Source: Octopus vulgaris (taxonomy: Eukaryota). Taken from it: a DNA stretch of 64,000 nt. The stretch is from the NCBI GenBank assembly GCA_951406725.2, contig OX597828.1, forward strand, positions 50,096,001-50,160,000, written 5' to 3'. Every line of letters begins with the position of its first letter. Within the stretch, counting starts at the first letter, position 1. The position numbers and the translations under genes were made by a program. Below are positions 1-21,789 of the stretch, piece by piece. The notes under the pieces were generated by a model that saw only the letters and a list, made by a program, of their open reading frames with translations, was not told the origin of the DNA and made no database searches.

Positions 1-213
1 TCGTCGTAACCGACGGAGTGCTTCCATCCCCATTAAAACAAAACAAAACAAACAAAAAGAAAAACGAACTATATTCCAGAAATAAGATGATAGGGATAAA
101 TACACTAATTATCTCAGTCATAAAGTGCAGCTTCGGTATAATGTATTAGAGGTTTGAGGAACCCCTAACTGAGGTGGAAAATGGAAATAGCAGCTAGGTC
201 CTGCGATTATACC

Positions 214-414
214 CTTTTACTCTTTTACTTGTTTCAGTCATTTGACTGCGGCCATGCTGGAGCACCGCCTTTAATCGAGCAACTCAACTTATTCTTTTTG
301 TAAGCCCAGTACTTATTTTATCGGTCTCTTTTGCCGAACCGCTAAGTTACGGGGACATAAGCACACCAGCATCGGTTGTCAAGCAATGCTAGGGGGACAA
401 ACACAGACACACAA

Positions 415-451
<37 letters not shown>

Positions 452-613
452 CGACGGGCTTCTTTCAGCTTCCGTCTACCAAATCCACTCACAAAGCTTT
501 GGTCGGCCCGAGGCTATAGTAGAAGACACTTGCTTAAGGTGCTACGCAGTGGGACTGAACCCGGAACTATGTGGTTGGTAAACAAGCTACTTACCACACA
601 GTCACTCCTACGC
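214..613 (-). mobile_element. tRNA-derived SINE family A
   Basis: Sense head gagtg(g/a)ctgtgtggtaag (A box), ggttcagtccc (B box), internal TA/TG microsatellite, tail gaaacaagtaaaagagtaaaa; many copies in window. Confidence 0.9.
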
Positions 614-1557
614 CTTGTTTCTAAGTGGAAGAGGTTCTTTAACCTTTAACACACTGGATTTTCTCTAGAATCGTTTCCTTTACTTCAGGGGAGAGAACTC
701 ATACGATGACATAATGCGCCTACAGATATTTGTTTTCATGCCTGTATTTTGATACCATCCCTTAACTTCTCTTGTGTCTCCTGAAAGGTGGTGTCAATGG
801 CTTAACACTACCACTAGACATGTTGTCTGCCTCTAGTTAAGTCGAATATGCTGCAAACATTCCAGCAAAGTTTGTAGTTTGAGGATACTTTTCTTTCCCG
901 CCCTTCAGCCAACATCAGAGGCCCTGTAAAAGGTCAAGTCGTTGACCTCTCTCTTGACTAAATGCATGAGATCTAAAATATCTACTAATTCAATAATTTT
1001 TGATGTCTTATTACCAGGATCGAAAATATCCTCTTCAAATATAATGATTTTTTCCTTTTAATAAACTTGCATTAATTATATCAGTTATTAATATCTCATA
1101 CAGTTATTAATCTTTTATACAGCAACGACTTAATTTTCACTTTCTTGTGCATTTGAAAACATCATTTTATTCTAGTACATTAATTTTATTTTCAAATGAA
1201 TCAAACGAATTTTTTAATTGTATACGAAAAATTAATTACAAGTTCGGAAGATTAGTGAAGTCTATGTGTTGTAAGGAGTGTAGAATATGGCATTTCGTCG
1301 CTCTGGTTCTGTGTCTGAGAATAAGGAAACACGGTCGGAATCACTGAGACAGCGAAGTGTGCTTGATGATGTGAGAGGCGAGAAGTTAATGAAGTGTAAG
1401 GAGCAAAGGAAAAAGGCCAAATATTTAAACAGAAGGATCACTCAATACTTTTAGTAGAGTAAATTTTATTAAACTTTTATATGGAGAAAGTTGCCAGTGA
1501 CTTTGAAGTACTGACTAGCTCAGAGTTAATTCATGTATATATAAATAAATAATAAAT

Positions 1558-1780
1558 GCACCCTTTTAAAGCATAGCCAGGCTCATGGGCCCGGTTTCTC
1601 GGTTTATATGGAGTATGTGTTCTCGCAGCGTTACTCACTTTTGCCAGCTGAGTGAACTGGAGGAACGTGAAATGAAGTGTTTTGCCCAAGAACACAACGC
1701 GTCGCCCGGTCCAGGAATCGAAACCACAATCTTACGATCATGGTGCTGACACCCAAACCACTAAGCCACGCTCCTCCACC
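1558..1780 (-). mobile_element. SINE family B-related subfamily (also 28003-28240 minus, 50868-51110 plus)
   Basis: Head gtggag(g/a)cg(c)gtggcttagtgg; body ttgggcaaaacacttcatttcacgtt. Confidence 0.8.
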
Positions 1781-1797
1781 ATATATATATATATATA

Positions 1798-2945
1798 ATT
1801 TCGCCAATCTCTTTCTTGGCTACATTGAGGCCCAAGTGTTCTCCCAGTTCTCTGGGCCGACCCCCGAACTATACGGTCGCTATATCGACGACTGTGTAGG
1901 TGCCACCTCCCTTTCCCGGGAACTTCTCGGCCAATTCATCTCTTTCCTTTCCAACTTTCACCCCTCTCTTCAATTCACCTCCACCATCTCCAACACCTCT
2001 GTCAACTTCCTTGACATCTCTCTCCGCATCGATCACCCCTCCAGCTCTCTCACCACCACCGCCTTCTTTAAACCTACGGATTCCCACCTCTATCTCAACT
2101 TCTCTTCCTCCCACCCCTTCCACACCAAACGAGCCATCCCCTACTCCCAGTTCCTCCGCCTCCGACGTTTGTGCAGCCGCGACCAGGATTTCGAGACCCA
2201 ATCTCAATACCTGGCCCGCATGTTCAGACTCCGAGGTTACCCACCCACACTCCTCTCTGATGCCCTCACCCGCGCCCGTCGCATCGACCGCACTACCGCC
2301 TTGTCTCCTTCCCCCCGCCCACCCCCCAACCGCACCCCCTTCCCCCTCCTTTTCCACCCCTCTACCCTACCCCTTCGTCGCAAGATACTACGTGCCTTCC
2401 GTCGCCTCCAGCTTGATCCCACCACCCGCCCCATTTTCCCTAACCCACCCCTGTCCTCTTTCAAACGAGCCCGCAATCTGCGTGACCTCCTGGTCCACAG
2501 CACCCTCTCCCCTTCCCCCTCAGCCCCACACGGATCATTCCCTTGCTCTAGATCCCGCTGCAACACTTGCCCCTTCATCACCAACACCACCGCTGTCACC
2601 GGCTCCAACCTGCATACTGTACGCATTAGGCACTCTTTTACGTGCACCTCGTCTGGCCTTATTTACTGCATTAAATGCAACCTATGCGGGATGCTGTATG
2701 TAGGTCAGACGGGACGCCGGTTGTCCGACCGTTTCACTGAACACTTGAGGGACGTTCGCCTACACTCTTTTTCTCCCGTCGCACGCCACTTCCGCTCGGC
2801 CGGCCATTCCCGAGATGACATCTCAGTGTTTGGTCTCGCCCCCCACAATGGTCGCCCACTTTCCAGGCTCCACTTGGAGCAACGCTACATCTTCACCCTA
2901 CAAACTACCACCCCACACGGACTTAACACAGCCCCCTCCTCTTGA
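1798..2945 (+). CDS. Penelope-like retroelement ORF, 5'-truncated (RT C-terminal half + Cys linker + GIY-YIG endonuclease), Neptune-like architecture
   Basis: Open frame NFANLFLGY...RYIDD...FLDI...FKPTDSHLYL..SSHP..KRAIPYSQFLRLRRLCS, then CSRSRCNTC, GLIYCIKC..C..YVGQTGRRLSDRFTEH, PHGLN. The ORF-track start at 1677 lies in upstream SINE/(TA)n and is not part of the element. Confidence 0.93.
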
Positions 2946-5830
2946 GACCGTTTTTTTTTTTTTTTTTTTTTTTTTTTTTCCGGACACACCACCCACACAC
3001 ACCCACCCACCTACCTCCCACCCACCTACCTACCTCCCACACGCCTGTTCACACACACACATACGTAGACCCATCTACGTACATACATTCACACATTTAA
3101 TCACACACACTTACAGACACACATGCACATACACACACACATACATACACACACGCATACATACTTACACACACACACACACACAGACATACATACACAC
3201 ATACACACACACATACATACGCACATACATACACACACACTCACACACACACACCGCACGTACATACCTCACACACACACACATGCACACATACATGTAG
3301 GCACATACATACATACATACCCACACATGCACACCCGTACACTGAATGCACACACACATACACCTTTTTGCATCCAGGCAGCCCCCCTCTTTTCTGCTTT
3401 CCGGTTTTGGCTGATGGATCCTCGGTTCCCGCGTAGCGGGGCGTTCGAGGGCCTTTGCGCTCGCGCGCCTTGGCGCGCGCTGGGGGCTCGGTCGGCCCCT
3501 TTGGGCTTGCGTTGCACTGCTTGTGCGTTGTGTGCGTGAGCGCGCTTCGTGTGTGTGGGCTTGCTTCGGTTGTGCGCTTGCGTATGTTTGCATACATACC
3601 CACACACTCGCATGCATCCCTACCCACATACATACACGCACACCTACTCACACACACACATACACACACACACATACCCGCACACACACACACATACATA
3701 CATACACACACATACCCACTTCAGACATACACACACACAGACATACACCCATACACCCACACTCACACGCATACACACACACACATACACACGCACACGT
3801 ACACATACACACACACACACACCCACATACATACATTACACTTGTATACGCACACACTTACATTCATACACACACACACCTACACAGCCATACCCTCACT
3901 CAGACACACACATCTACCTACACACACACAAACACACACTGACACACACCCATACATAGATACATCTACACACTCACGCCTACACACATACATACACACA
4001 TACATAAACACACACACATACACATACACACACATACGCACACACGCATATACTTATACACATGCACACACACACACATACATACACCCATATACATACA
4101 CACACACATACCTACATACTCCTATACGCACATACATACACACAGACATACACACATACACACTCACACAAACATACACACACACATACTTACACACACA
4201 CTCACCTGCACGCGCACACACATGCATGACAAACACTCATACACTCACACTCACATACGCACACACCAACATAAACACGCACACGCACACACACACCTAC
4301 ACTCCCACACACATACACACGCACCTACATACACACACGCACGCATACACACGCATACACACATACATTACACACGTACACACACACCTACATACACATG
4401 CACACACACACACACACAAACATGCACGGACACACCCAGACATACATACATACACCTATATACACACGCCTACACACCTACATACACACACATATACACA
4501 CGCCCACACAGCTACATACACACACATACATACACACATACACGGACACACCCATACATACTTACATACATACACCTATACACACACGCCTACACACCTA
4601 CACACACACATGCACACACACACACATGTACGCACATACACACACATATACGCACACACATATATACCCACACACATGCACACACACACACATACGCACA
4701 TACATGCACGCATGCACACGCGCACACCTACACGCATACACACACACACACGCACGTACACATACATACATACACACACGCATACATACACCCATACACA
4801 TACATGCATCCTACACACACATACATACACACTCACACATACATACACACACACGCACTCACTCACACACCTGTATGTTCGCGCACACACATGCACATAC
4901 ACACACTTCCCCACACCCACACGTACATACATACACACTCATACACACATACACACACACACACACACGGACATACATCTATGCACACACATATATACAC
5001 ACATACTCACATACATTCATCGGACACACTGCCACCCAGACATACACACAGACACACTCACACATCCACACGCACACATACGTACGCGCACACTCGCAGG
5101 CTCGCGCACACACGCGTTTGCGCCGGTTCGCGCACGCATGCGCCCGCATGCACCTCGCCCTTGGACCCGACGAGACCTCCCGCCCGTTCCTGGGATGTCG
5201 CTTGTCGTTGGGTTTTCCCACGCCCGTCTCCGCGGGACCACTCTTCCATCTTCCCCTCCGCTGGAGTCCTTTTCCTACCCCCCCCTTTTTTTCGTTACAC
5301 ACACGCGCACACATATACACACATTGCTTAAACATATACATCACTCTTACACACATTCAATCTACTCGCCACTAATACTACCACGACACTGGACACACAC
5401 ACACACTACTACTCAACACACGCTGGCACGCTACATACGCCCCCACCCCTTCCCCTCCCTCCCTTCCTCCTTCCTCCCTTTTCTCACTACTGACCTTTGT
5501 CTGCTATGCTGCTGCTATGCTGACCACCGTCTCGCCCTACCTCACACGCCTACACACAGACGCACACACTAACACATACATATATTTTTTGTTTTTTTAC
5601 CTCGCCTCACACACACACATACACACACGCACACGCACACACTCACACATACACACACATCTGTTGCGTTACCAACCTTGTCTCCACTCTTTTGCCTTTA
5701 AAAACCCACTTTGCTCTTGTTATCGTAAACATCCGCCTTTCACCATGTGCTACTGCTAACACCAGCCGTTTTTTTCTCTATCTCCGTTGCCCGCTCCGGG
5801 ATCTTTCTTTCCTCTCTCTTCCTTCTTTAT

Positions 5831-5865
5831 GTTTCCGACGAAGAGCTCCGCTCGAAACGTCATAC
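5831..5865 (+). ncRNA. Minimal type I hammerhead ribozyme motif
   Basis: gttt-CCGACGA-a-gagc(tcc)gctc-GAAACGTC-atac; palindromic ACGT in place of stem III; one stem I mismatch. Confidence 0.75.
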
Positions 5866-5951
5866 CTCCCTGCTTCCATTTCCTGAGCGCCTATTAATAA
5901 TAATACTGTAATTGTTCCCTTGTTGTTGTTTTTTTGTTTCCCGTTTGGATT

Positions 5952-6407
<456 letters not shown>

Positions 6408-6904
6408 TTGCTATTATGTTAAACTATCGAATGTCCAAATTTGGCCAAATGCGTTTTTCGCAATATTTATTTTTGCTTGCAATATCCTGTTCTTTTGGTC
6501 AAACTACCGTATCTCTAGCTTCAGATGCCAAGATATCAAATATACGAGGGGAAGTTAAAAAGTTACCTGCACTTTTGCCAGTGCACGTTGCCAGTGGAAC
6601 GGCCATGCTGGCACTGTAAAGCCAGAAAGAAAGATGGCGCGATCAGGCTCAAACTTCGACTACGTGACCAACATAGTACCAACTATAAGCACGCATGCGC
6701 AGAAGGCAGTGTGACAATAATAAAGATATGTTATGGCGAAAGTGCAGATAATTTTTGACTTCCCTTCATTTATGCATGTATGTATGTATGTATGTATGTA
6801 TGTATGTATGTATGTATGTATGTATGTATATATGTATGTATGTATGCATGCATGCATGCATGTATATATATATACATACATACATACATACATACATATG
6901 TATG

Positions 6905-6949
<45 letters not shown>

Positions 6950-6962
6950 GTATATATGTATG

Positions 6963-7020
<58 letters not shown>

Positions 7021-7066
7021 CATAATAAATACATACGTACATACATACATACACACACAAACACAC

Positions 7067-7100
<34 letters not shown>

Positions 7101-7557
7101 ATGTATATTCTGGCTAGTACATGCTATTATTGAATTGTTAATCAGAAATTCTAGCGCAGCTGGCGGTCATTTGTAGCTATTCTACTGAAGCATCGTGTTA
7201 TCCACTTGTTTTGACTTATTGTATGGAATTGAGTTTTCGGACATGAGTATGCCGAAACTACACTGATTCATGTTTCCATGGCTAACGAGAGGTATTCCGT
7301 TAATTGACTTTCAGTTGTCTCACTATATTTTGACTACATATAAATGTATACACATACATACATACATACATACATACATACATACATACATACATACTTA
7401 CACTAATACGTACATATACACATATACGCATGCGCGCGCACATTTGTGAAATTATTCGATCATAAAGAATTAATGGCCTGATTCTTACTTTTGGAGGTTA
7501 TTTTGGTCAGCCTTCTCTTATAGCAGAACATTTTCATTCCCCTGTAACCAAATCATT

Positions 7558-13187
<5,630 letters not shown>

Positions 13188-13323
13188 GTATCCCCATCGT
13201 TCATCATGTGGTGATTAGTAAATTTAACGACTTTCTTATTTGTATTCATTTCATATTTAAATACATACACACATACATCCAACACGCACATACACAACCC
13301 ACCTCGAAACATAAATGTGTGTG

Positions 13324-13362
<39 letters not shown>

Positions 13363-13456
13363 GTGTGTGTGTGTATACAGGTAAATATACAGGTAAAGAA
13401 TGTTTCGTCTTTGTTTTTCTCTTCATCAGCTGGAGAACCATTGAAATCATTGACAG

Positions 13457-13886
13457 TAGGAGTGGCTGTGTGGTAAGTAGGTTGCTAACGAGCCACATAG
13501 TTCCGGGTTCAGTCCCACTGCGTGGCACCGTGGGCAAGTGTCTTCTACCATAACCTCGGGCCAACCACAGCCTCGTGGGTGGATTTGGTAGACGGAAACT
13601 GAAAGAAGCCCGTCGTATATATGTATGTATATATATAAATATATATGTGTATGTATGTGTGTCTATGTATGTTTGTGTGCTTGTGTTTGCCCCCCCCCAA
13701 CCAACACCGCTTGACAACCGATGCTGGTGTGTTTACGTCCCGTAACTTAGCAGTTCGGCGAAAAGAGACCGATAAAATAAGTATTAGGCTTACAAAGAAT
13801 AAGTCCTGGGGTCGTTTTGCTCGACTAAAGGCGGTGCTCCAGCATGGCCAGAGTCAAATGACTGAAACAAGTAAAAGAGTAAAAGA
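13457..13886 (+). mobile_element. SINE family A, full length
   Basis: Same head, body and tail as 214-613. Confidence 0.9.
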
Positions 13887-14360
13887 GCATTAATTCAAAC
13901 GATGGAGTGTCCGAGACAAAGTAACAGCCAAGTACCCTCACGGAGCCTCTCATATCACCACATTAATACAAGACACCGAAGAAGTAAAAATATGAAGAGT
14001 TCGTGCTTAGCGGCACAGCTCCTCCATGTGTCCCCAGTTTCAGGAGTGGAAGAATTTAATTTATTCGTAATCGATGGCATTGATTCTGATCAAATACACT
14101 AGGCAACAAAAAATATTTTAATGTCTGCTACCCTTCCTCTCAGGTGTCCCGGATGAACCAACTTCACGGCAGGAGGTGCAGATGAGGGCAGCTGCATCGA
14201 ACTCTCTCATGCACCAAATGGCAGTTGCTAAAAAGCATTCGTGAAGTAAAATCATGTAGCAACACCAAATGGCGGTGCCCCAGCATGGCCACAGCTCGTG
14301 AGCTGAAACTAGATAAAATAGAATAAAAAAAAATACCCAGACAAATAATGCTGTACCAAA

Positions 14361-14557
14361 CTAAATCGAGTAGGCTGATTCTGAATCTGAACTCAGAATT
14401 GCTATAGCACGTCAGGATTTTGAGTTAAGCGCATAATTATATATTAATACTATATAGACGACAGTATAGTTACAATCTTGCGCATGCGCATAATTCAAAA
14501 CCCTGACGTGCTAGAAAAATTCTGAGTGCGGATTCGGAATCAGCATCCTCGATTTAG
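14361..14557. mobile_element. Hairpin-forming MITE-like element
   Basis: ~70-bp imperfect inverted arms ctaaatcgag..gctgattctgaatc..tagcacgtcagg / cctgacgtgcta..gattcggaatcagc..ctcgatttag. Confidence 0.75.
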
Positions 14558-14931
14558 CTTAAGACACCTGCTTTTACCCCAGCAGCAAAATCTTTGTTGT
14601 TCCGTGTTATTGTGTTTGGTGATTTATGAAATATCTGACTTTCCTTCTTGATTCATCATTTTCGTATTGCTGGCAAAGTCGTTAGAGCGTCGGGCATATG
14701 TAATTTAGTATTTATTCCGACACTTTGAGATCTGAGTTCAAATCCCGCTGAGGTCAGCTTTGTTTTTCAGCCTTTCAGAGTCAATAAATGACATAACCTA
14801 GGACACTGAACTGGTAGAGGTATTAGAGCATCGAACCTAATACTTTACGGTATTTTCTGCTTTGGGCATTCTGAGTTTGAATTCCACATGGACAACTTTG
14901 TTTTTCATCCTTCGAAGGTTAATAAATAAGA

Positions 14932-15165
14932 CCGTGAAGATAGGACGGTGGTGTTGAGAACCTACTCCAAGGCACTCGACACCATCGCCCTATTCGAAAA
15001 GACGACAATTGAAAAGGAGTTGGCAGAGTATTTGCCAACAATTAAATTCATTTCCAGGGGTGTTAGATATGCAACGGTGTGGTTGCTATTTGACACCCCT
15101 GAAGAGGCTTGCAACTTTGCTAGTAAACCCCTGGAGGGTAAGGAAATTTTATTTCTGCCCACGTA
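14932..15165 (+). pseudogene. Possible LINE ORF1-like fragment
   Basis: Non-repetitive 84-aa ORF (RTVVLRTYSK..KFISRGVRYATVWLLFDTPEEA) with RRM-like pattern; family is inferred only. Confidence 0.3.
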
Positions 15166-16414
15166 CCACGTCCAACCGGATGCTTTGCGGTATTTGTTCT
15201 GATTCGTTGCATGCTGAATTCCAATTTCGCCATGGCCTTCATGAGTGGTAGCCTTAATTCATCACTCAGTCTTACATCTCCACTTGGTGCTTTGAGTATC
15301 TTTTGTGAAGAGAACCACTTTATTGCAAGCGTTCAAGTCAAGCGTTCAGTTTCAGTATAATTTCCCTATCACCGGACTCTGGGCTGCTTTTCTCACTTGA
15401 CCAAAAAGAACAAAAAGCAACAGACAAAAAACAAAAAAAAAAACAAAAAAACAAAAAAAACCTCTTTCATCCAAAAAAAAACAAAGAATCTTTTTCTTTC
15501 ATAGAACTGAAAATTATTTATTTCCGTTTCTCGAATCCAACCAACCTAAATTAAATAAATACGTTACATTATTTAATCAACAATATCTAATTAACACCCA
15601 AACCATAATAACAAACATTAAGTTAAAAGAAATTTGTTGAGAAATATTTACAAAATTTCGAGATGAAAGATCAAAAATGAAATTAAAATATAAAGACATT
15701 TTCCTTATAGAAAAGAAACAAAAGATATTTTCTTTTCAAATTTCGAAATTAAAATCACGTGACTACATCAATTAAATTATAATAATTAATTTTTATTTTG
15801 ATATTATGATTCGTTTTAGAAAGTAAAGAATTTTTATAATGTTGAGTTCTTTAGAGCGGATACATATGTTTGAGTATTATTTTTGTGTGAATGACCAATG
15901 TTTCTTGGTCGTTGCACAAATCCTACGGAAAGGAAATAGTTAAAATATTTCTGGGGTTGTAGAGCGGATGTTAAACGGTAGGGGTAGACAGCGATCAGAA
16001 AACCATTGCTCAAAGCAGAGACCAAGAAGTCATTCGTCGATGCACATCAAATTCTCTCAGCAGAAACACAATATGAAGTAATAAGAAGATATATAACTTT
16101 GGCGGCTTCTACCGCAAACTTTTCCTTCAAAATAACAATACAAAAATGTCTTCATTTTGTTTTGTTCACAACCAATTTCACTTACGTTGTTTTATTTACT
16201 ACTATTAACAGTGGCTACGTTATAACAATTTTCTTATTGCAGACGACCGCCAACCTCCTGGTCTTCGCCGTAAATATATTTTCTCAATATCTGAATGTTT
16301 GACGCACAAAATACTGTAATTTTTTTCTTTGTTTTCTACAAGTTCTCGCTAAATCATCTAATTTCTGTTTACACAAGAAATGTATCTCGTTACCAGAATA
16401 GCCAGACAATCGTT

Positions 16415-17715
<1,301 letters not shown>

Positions 17716-17990
17716 TACTTTTAGCAGTTATTTCGGGTTCAAGTATGATTCCAGTTCTGAGTTCAGTTCATTAGTTTGTCATTACCATATTCTTACTACC
17801 CACCCAGCTCACCTCCACGTCCACAGAACCATTTCACCGTCTGCTACAAGTTCACCAATCTTGACTGCCATCTACAATATAAAAAGTAACGGGCAGAATA
17901 TGGAGACGGTTTGAGAAGACGGCCAATTATAATGTCTCTGGAGATTAAGTGTTGTTGATTTTACTCACCTCCCCACATATATGTATGCAC

Positions 17991-18294
<304 letters not shown>

Positions 18295-18303
18295 GTATTT
18301 CAG

Positions 18304-18356
<53 letters not shown>

Positions 18357-18692
18357 ATTTGAATAGTGAGGGCGTGTGGACTGTAATTCAAGTTTGAGTT
18401 TTCATGTTTTCATGAGTTTTCATGGCTGTAATATCGTGGGTTCAATTTCTGGGCTGTGCAGTGTGATGAACCCTTTGAGTAAGGCACATCACTTCATGTT
18501 GCTAAATCTACTGAGCTAAAAATATGAACCTGCCGAGTGCCGGTGCAGCTCTCTGTCTTTCTCCCCCCACCTCCAGTTACCCATCCTGGATATGTCACTA
18601 GGTCAAAAGTTGGGAGAGTCGAGAGGATCCCTATGCCTCTGCGACTACACAGTCATCTAAAATAATTAGAGGTAAGCTTGGTTCATGTTACC

Positions 18693-18932
18693 TATTTCTT
18701 TATTACCCATAAGGGGCTAAACACAGAGGGGACAAACAAGGACAGACATAGGTATTAAGTCGATTACATCGAACTCAGTGCGTAACTGGTACTTATTTTA
18801 TCGACGCCGAAAGGATGAAAGGCAAAGTCGACCTTCGACCTCGGCGGAATTTGAACTCACAACGTAACGGCAGACGAAATACCGCTAAGCATTTCGCCCG
18901 GCGTGCTAACGTTTCTGCCAGCTCGCCGCCTT
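18693..18932 (-). mobile_element. SINE family C, Tx1-like tail subfamily, with 11-bp TSD ttcatgttacc
   Basis: Head aaggcggcgagctggcagaaacgttag, B box gagttcaaattcc; TSD at 18682-18692 and 18934-18944. Confidence 0.9.
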
Positions 18933-19559
18933 ATTCATGTTACCGAGCCATACCCGCTCGCGAGTGACGATTGGCGTTAAGTTGCTAATCAGAAATAGGA
19001 AACACTGCCGTTTCCAGCTCTGAACCGATGTCTGCCAGAACACACATGAAAACCCAACAAGAAAACACCCTGCATTTAGTGCTTCAGCTGTGTTTCGTGC
19101 ATTTGTTTCTGGTCTAACATTTTAGACATAGTTTCACTTGTCCTTTATCCACAGAGAATGACATGACATCCCATAAACACAACTGAAATGATAATAATAA
19201 TTACACTCTTCCTCCCGCTCCCCCTTTCTTTCAGCAGTGACCTGTGTCTATTTGCAGCTGTATGGACACAACGTGGTCAAGTGGTTACGAGGCTCGCCTC
19301 GCAATCACAAAGATCCTGGTTCGATCACACTACATAGCATCTTGAAAAAGTATTTTTTTTTACTATTGCCTCGGCTTTACTTGTGATTCATGAGTGAAAT
19401 TAGCTAGAGCAGTAATTTTCAACTGTTTTTACCTATGGGCAGTAGCGTAACTAAGGGGGGGGGGGAGGGAAACAAGGGTGGCACGTGCCCCAGGCGCCGA
19501 TTGAGGTGGGGGGCACAGAATTGGCCATAATACTTGAACTTCATTTGTGAGCCGCTCTC

Positions 19560-20165
19560 TGGCTACCTATCTGATGCTTTATATAGCTATGGTGTGACCT
19601 CACCTGGAATTTGCATCACCGGTCTGGAACCCCTATCTTGTCCAGGATATTAATCGTCTGGAAACCGTTCAGCGACATGCAACCAAGAGAATACCCTTCA
19701 TCAGGCATTTGCCATATTCTGAACGCCTTACTTTCCTGGGCATGTATACATTGAAACTCCGACGACTGGCAGCTGACTTAGCAGACACCCACAAAATTAT
19801 TAACCCTCTTACCAACAATAACTCTGAGCACTTTTTCAAACTCCACCTGTCTAACAGCCGTGGACATGTTTACAAAGTCAGAAAACAACACAGCTCCCAT
19901 GACTTTTGGAAACATTTTTTCACGCTAAGAGTTGCTGAAGTATGGAACAAACTGCACTGCATCCTTCAAAACTTCCATGCTTCCTGAGATTCGCCAACAC
20001 TGCACCTGATTTTCTCCCCTCCATACACACGCAAGCATGTATCTGACTCATACACTGTTCACTTCCCAGACATTTGTACAATACTGCATATGCTTTATAC
20101 GCACTTTTGACAAGTTGTGGTGCACCTGAGCACTGTATACAATAATTTCATTATTGTATTATTAT
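19560..20165 (+). pseudogene. CR1-clade LINE 3' end (post-RT region + 3' UTR)
   Basis: PHLEFASPVWNPYL..DINRLETVQRHATK..LPYSERL..L.LRRL..D..RGH..K..FF.LRV..VWN.L; ends in att-rich tail. Confidence 0.88.
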
Positions 20166-20429
20166 TAAAACTGCAATCGTAAAGATGGATCTCCAGCTTA
20201 GCGTTTTATGGTGTTATTGAAGGTAAACACAATATGATGGCTGTCTACATTCATGTCTGGACATTTTTACAAAGCGCGTCAAAAATGGTTTGAGGCTCAA
20301 ATTGAGAGAAATCTGCATATTTTCGCCTTGCACAAATAAGGGTATAAAATTAAGTGTGGTGGTAAACACTCTATATTAAATTTACTTAACCGTCATTTAT
20401 TCATTTAACTGATAATCATTCTTTGTGGT

Positions 20430-20800
20430 GTGGAGGCGCAATGGCCCAGTGGTTAGGGCAGCGGACTCGCGGTCATAGGATCGCGGTTTCGATTCCCAGA
20501 CCGGGCGTTGTGAGTGTTTATTGGGCGAAAACACCTAAAGCTCCACGAGGCTCCGGCAGGGGATGGTGGTGATCCCTGCTGTACTCTTTCACCACAACTT
20601 TCTCTCACTCTTACTTCCTGTTTCTGTTGTACCTGTATTTCAAAGGGCAGGCCTTGTCACTCTCTGTGTACTCGAGAACTACGTTAAGGGTGCACGTGTC
20701 TGTGGAGTGCTCAGCCACTTACACGTTAATTTCAGGAGCAGGCTCTTCCGTTGATCGGATCAACCGGAACCCTCGTCGTCGTAACCGACGGAGTGCTTCC
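20430..20800 (+). mobile_element. tRNA-derived SINE family B (tRNA-Arg-like head; resembles octopus OR-type SINEs)
   Basis: ggaggcgcaatggcccagtggttagggcagcggactcgcgg..ggtttcgattccc A/B boxes; tail cgtcgtaaccgacggagtgcttcca, also seen at 1-27. Confidence 0.85.
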
Positions 20801-21674
20801 ATTCTTTGTGGTTCTAAAAATAGTTCATTCTTATCTTTTCAGTGTAAATCGATTTTCCATTTCAGCATAACTTGTAACTTCGGGTAAATGGTTCGTTATG
20901 TTATCAATAAAGATTTCGACTTCCTACCTCGAGTGGACGTGTGGTTGCCAATAATATCATTCATTTCTATCCTTGGAACCTGTTAAAGTAACCTTGAGAT
21001 AAAGCCATCTGCTAGAGATTAGATTCGCAGCCTTGGAATACTTTCCTACACTATAAAATTAAAAGGAAAGTTTAGGTTTGGAAAAGAAATAAGGAAATAG
21101 AATTCTGATTTGGAAGACTTCTCGTGCCAAGAAGATATATATCCTAGCAGTCTAATTGGTAAAGCATTCTTTTGAGTCTATATGGATACAGTTCTTGTAC
21201 AGCAGGCTTCAAAATAACATTAAAGAATTACATATATCAATACAACTCTTCGTATTACATGATTATTCCGATCTGAGAAATCTTAAATAGCCGCCATTGG
21301 AGATTTTCTTTTACCGCCAGAGAATGTAAAAGACGGTGATTTGAGGAATCAGGAAAATCGATGGAAAACGGAGAGAAAAACAAAATTAAAAATATACAGA
21401 AATAAGCAACAGCAAAACAGGAAAAAATTTACGAAGAAATAACAAAATTCTTTCAGTTGTTGCTTGTGTTGTTGTTGTTGTTGCTGAAGTTTTTGCAGTT
21501 GTTGTTTCGCAGCTTCTCGCCATACAGACAACTAATCACTTCTTCATCGCAACAACTTTCACATGTACTACTACTACTGCTGCTACTACTAATAGTACTA
21601 CTACTACAACTACCACCACCACCATCACCACCACCACCACCACCATCACCACCACCACCACCACCACCACCACC

Positions 21675-21742
<68 letters not shown>

Positions 21743-21789
21743 CACTACTACTACTACCACGACCACTGCTGCCGATCACGAATAGCCAG

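Noticed and set aside
3410-3455. Hammerhead or SECIS in the first GC island (ctgatgg..)
   Set aside because: No CUGANGA/GAAA pair, no clear SECIS core, and no internal in-frame TGA in the visible ORF
3455-5572. 705-aa His/Thr-rich ORF and overlapping ORFs
   Set aside because: Arises from CA low-complexity sequence; no domain
15900-16410. Possible host exon or promoter in unique sequence
   Set aside because: No recognisable protein or convincing splice pair
20430-20505. tRNA-Arg-like sequence as a real tRNA gene
   Set aside because: No proper acceptor stem; continues into a multi-copy SINE body
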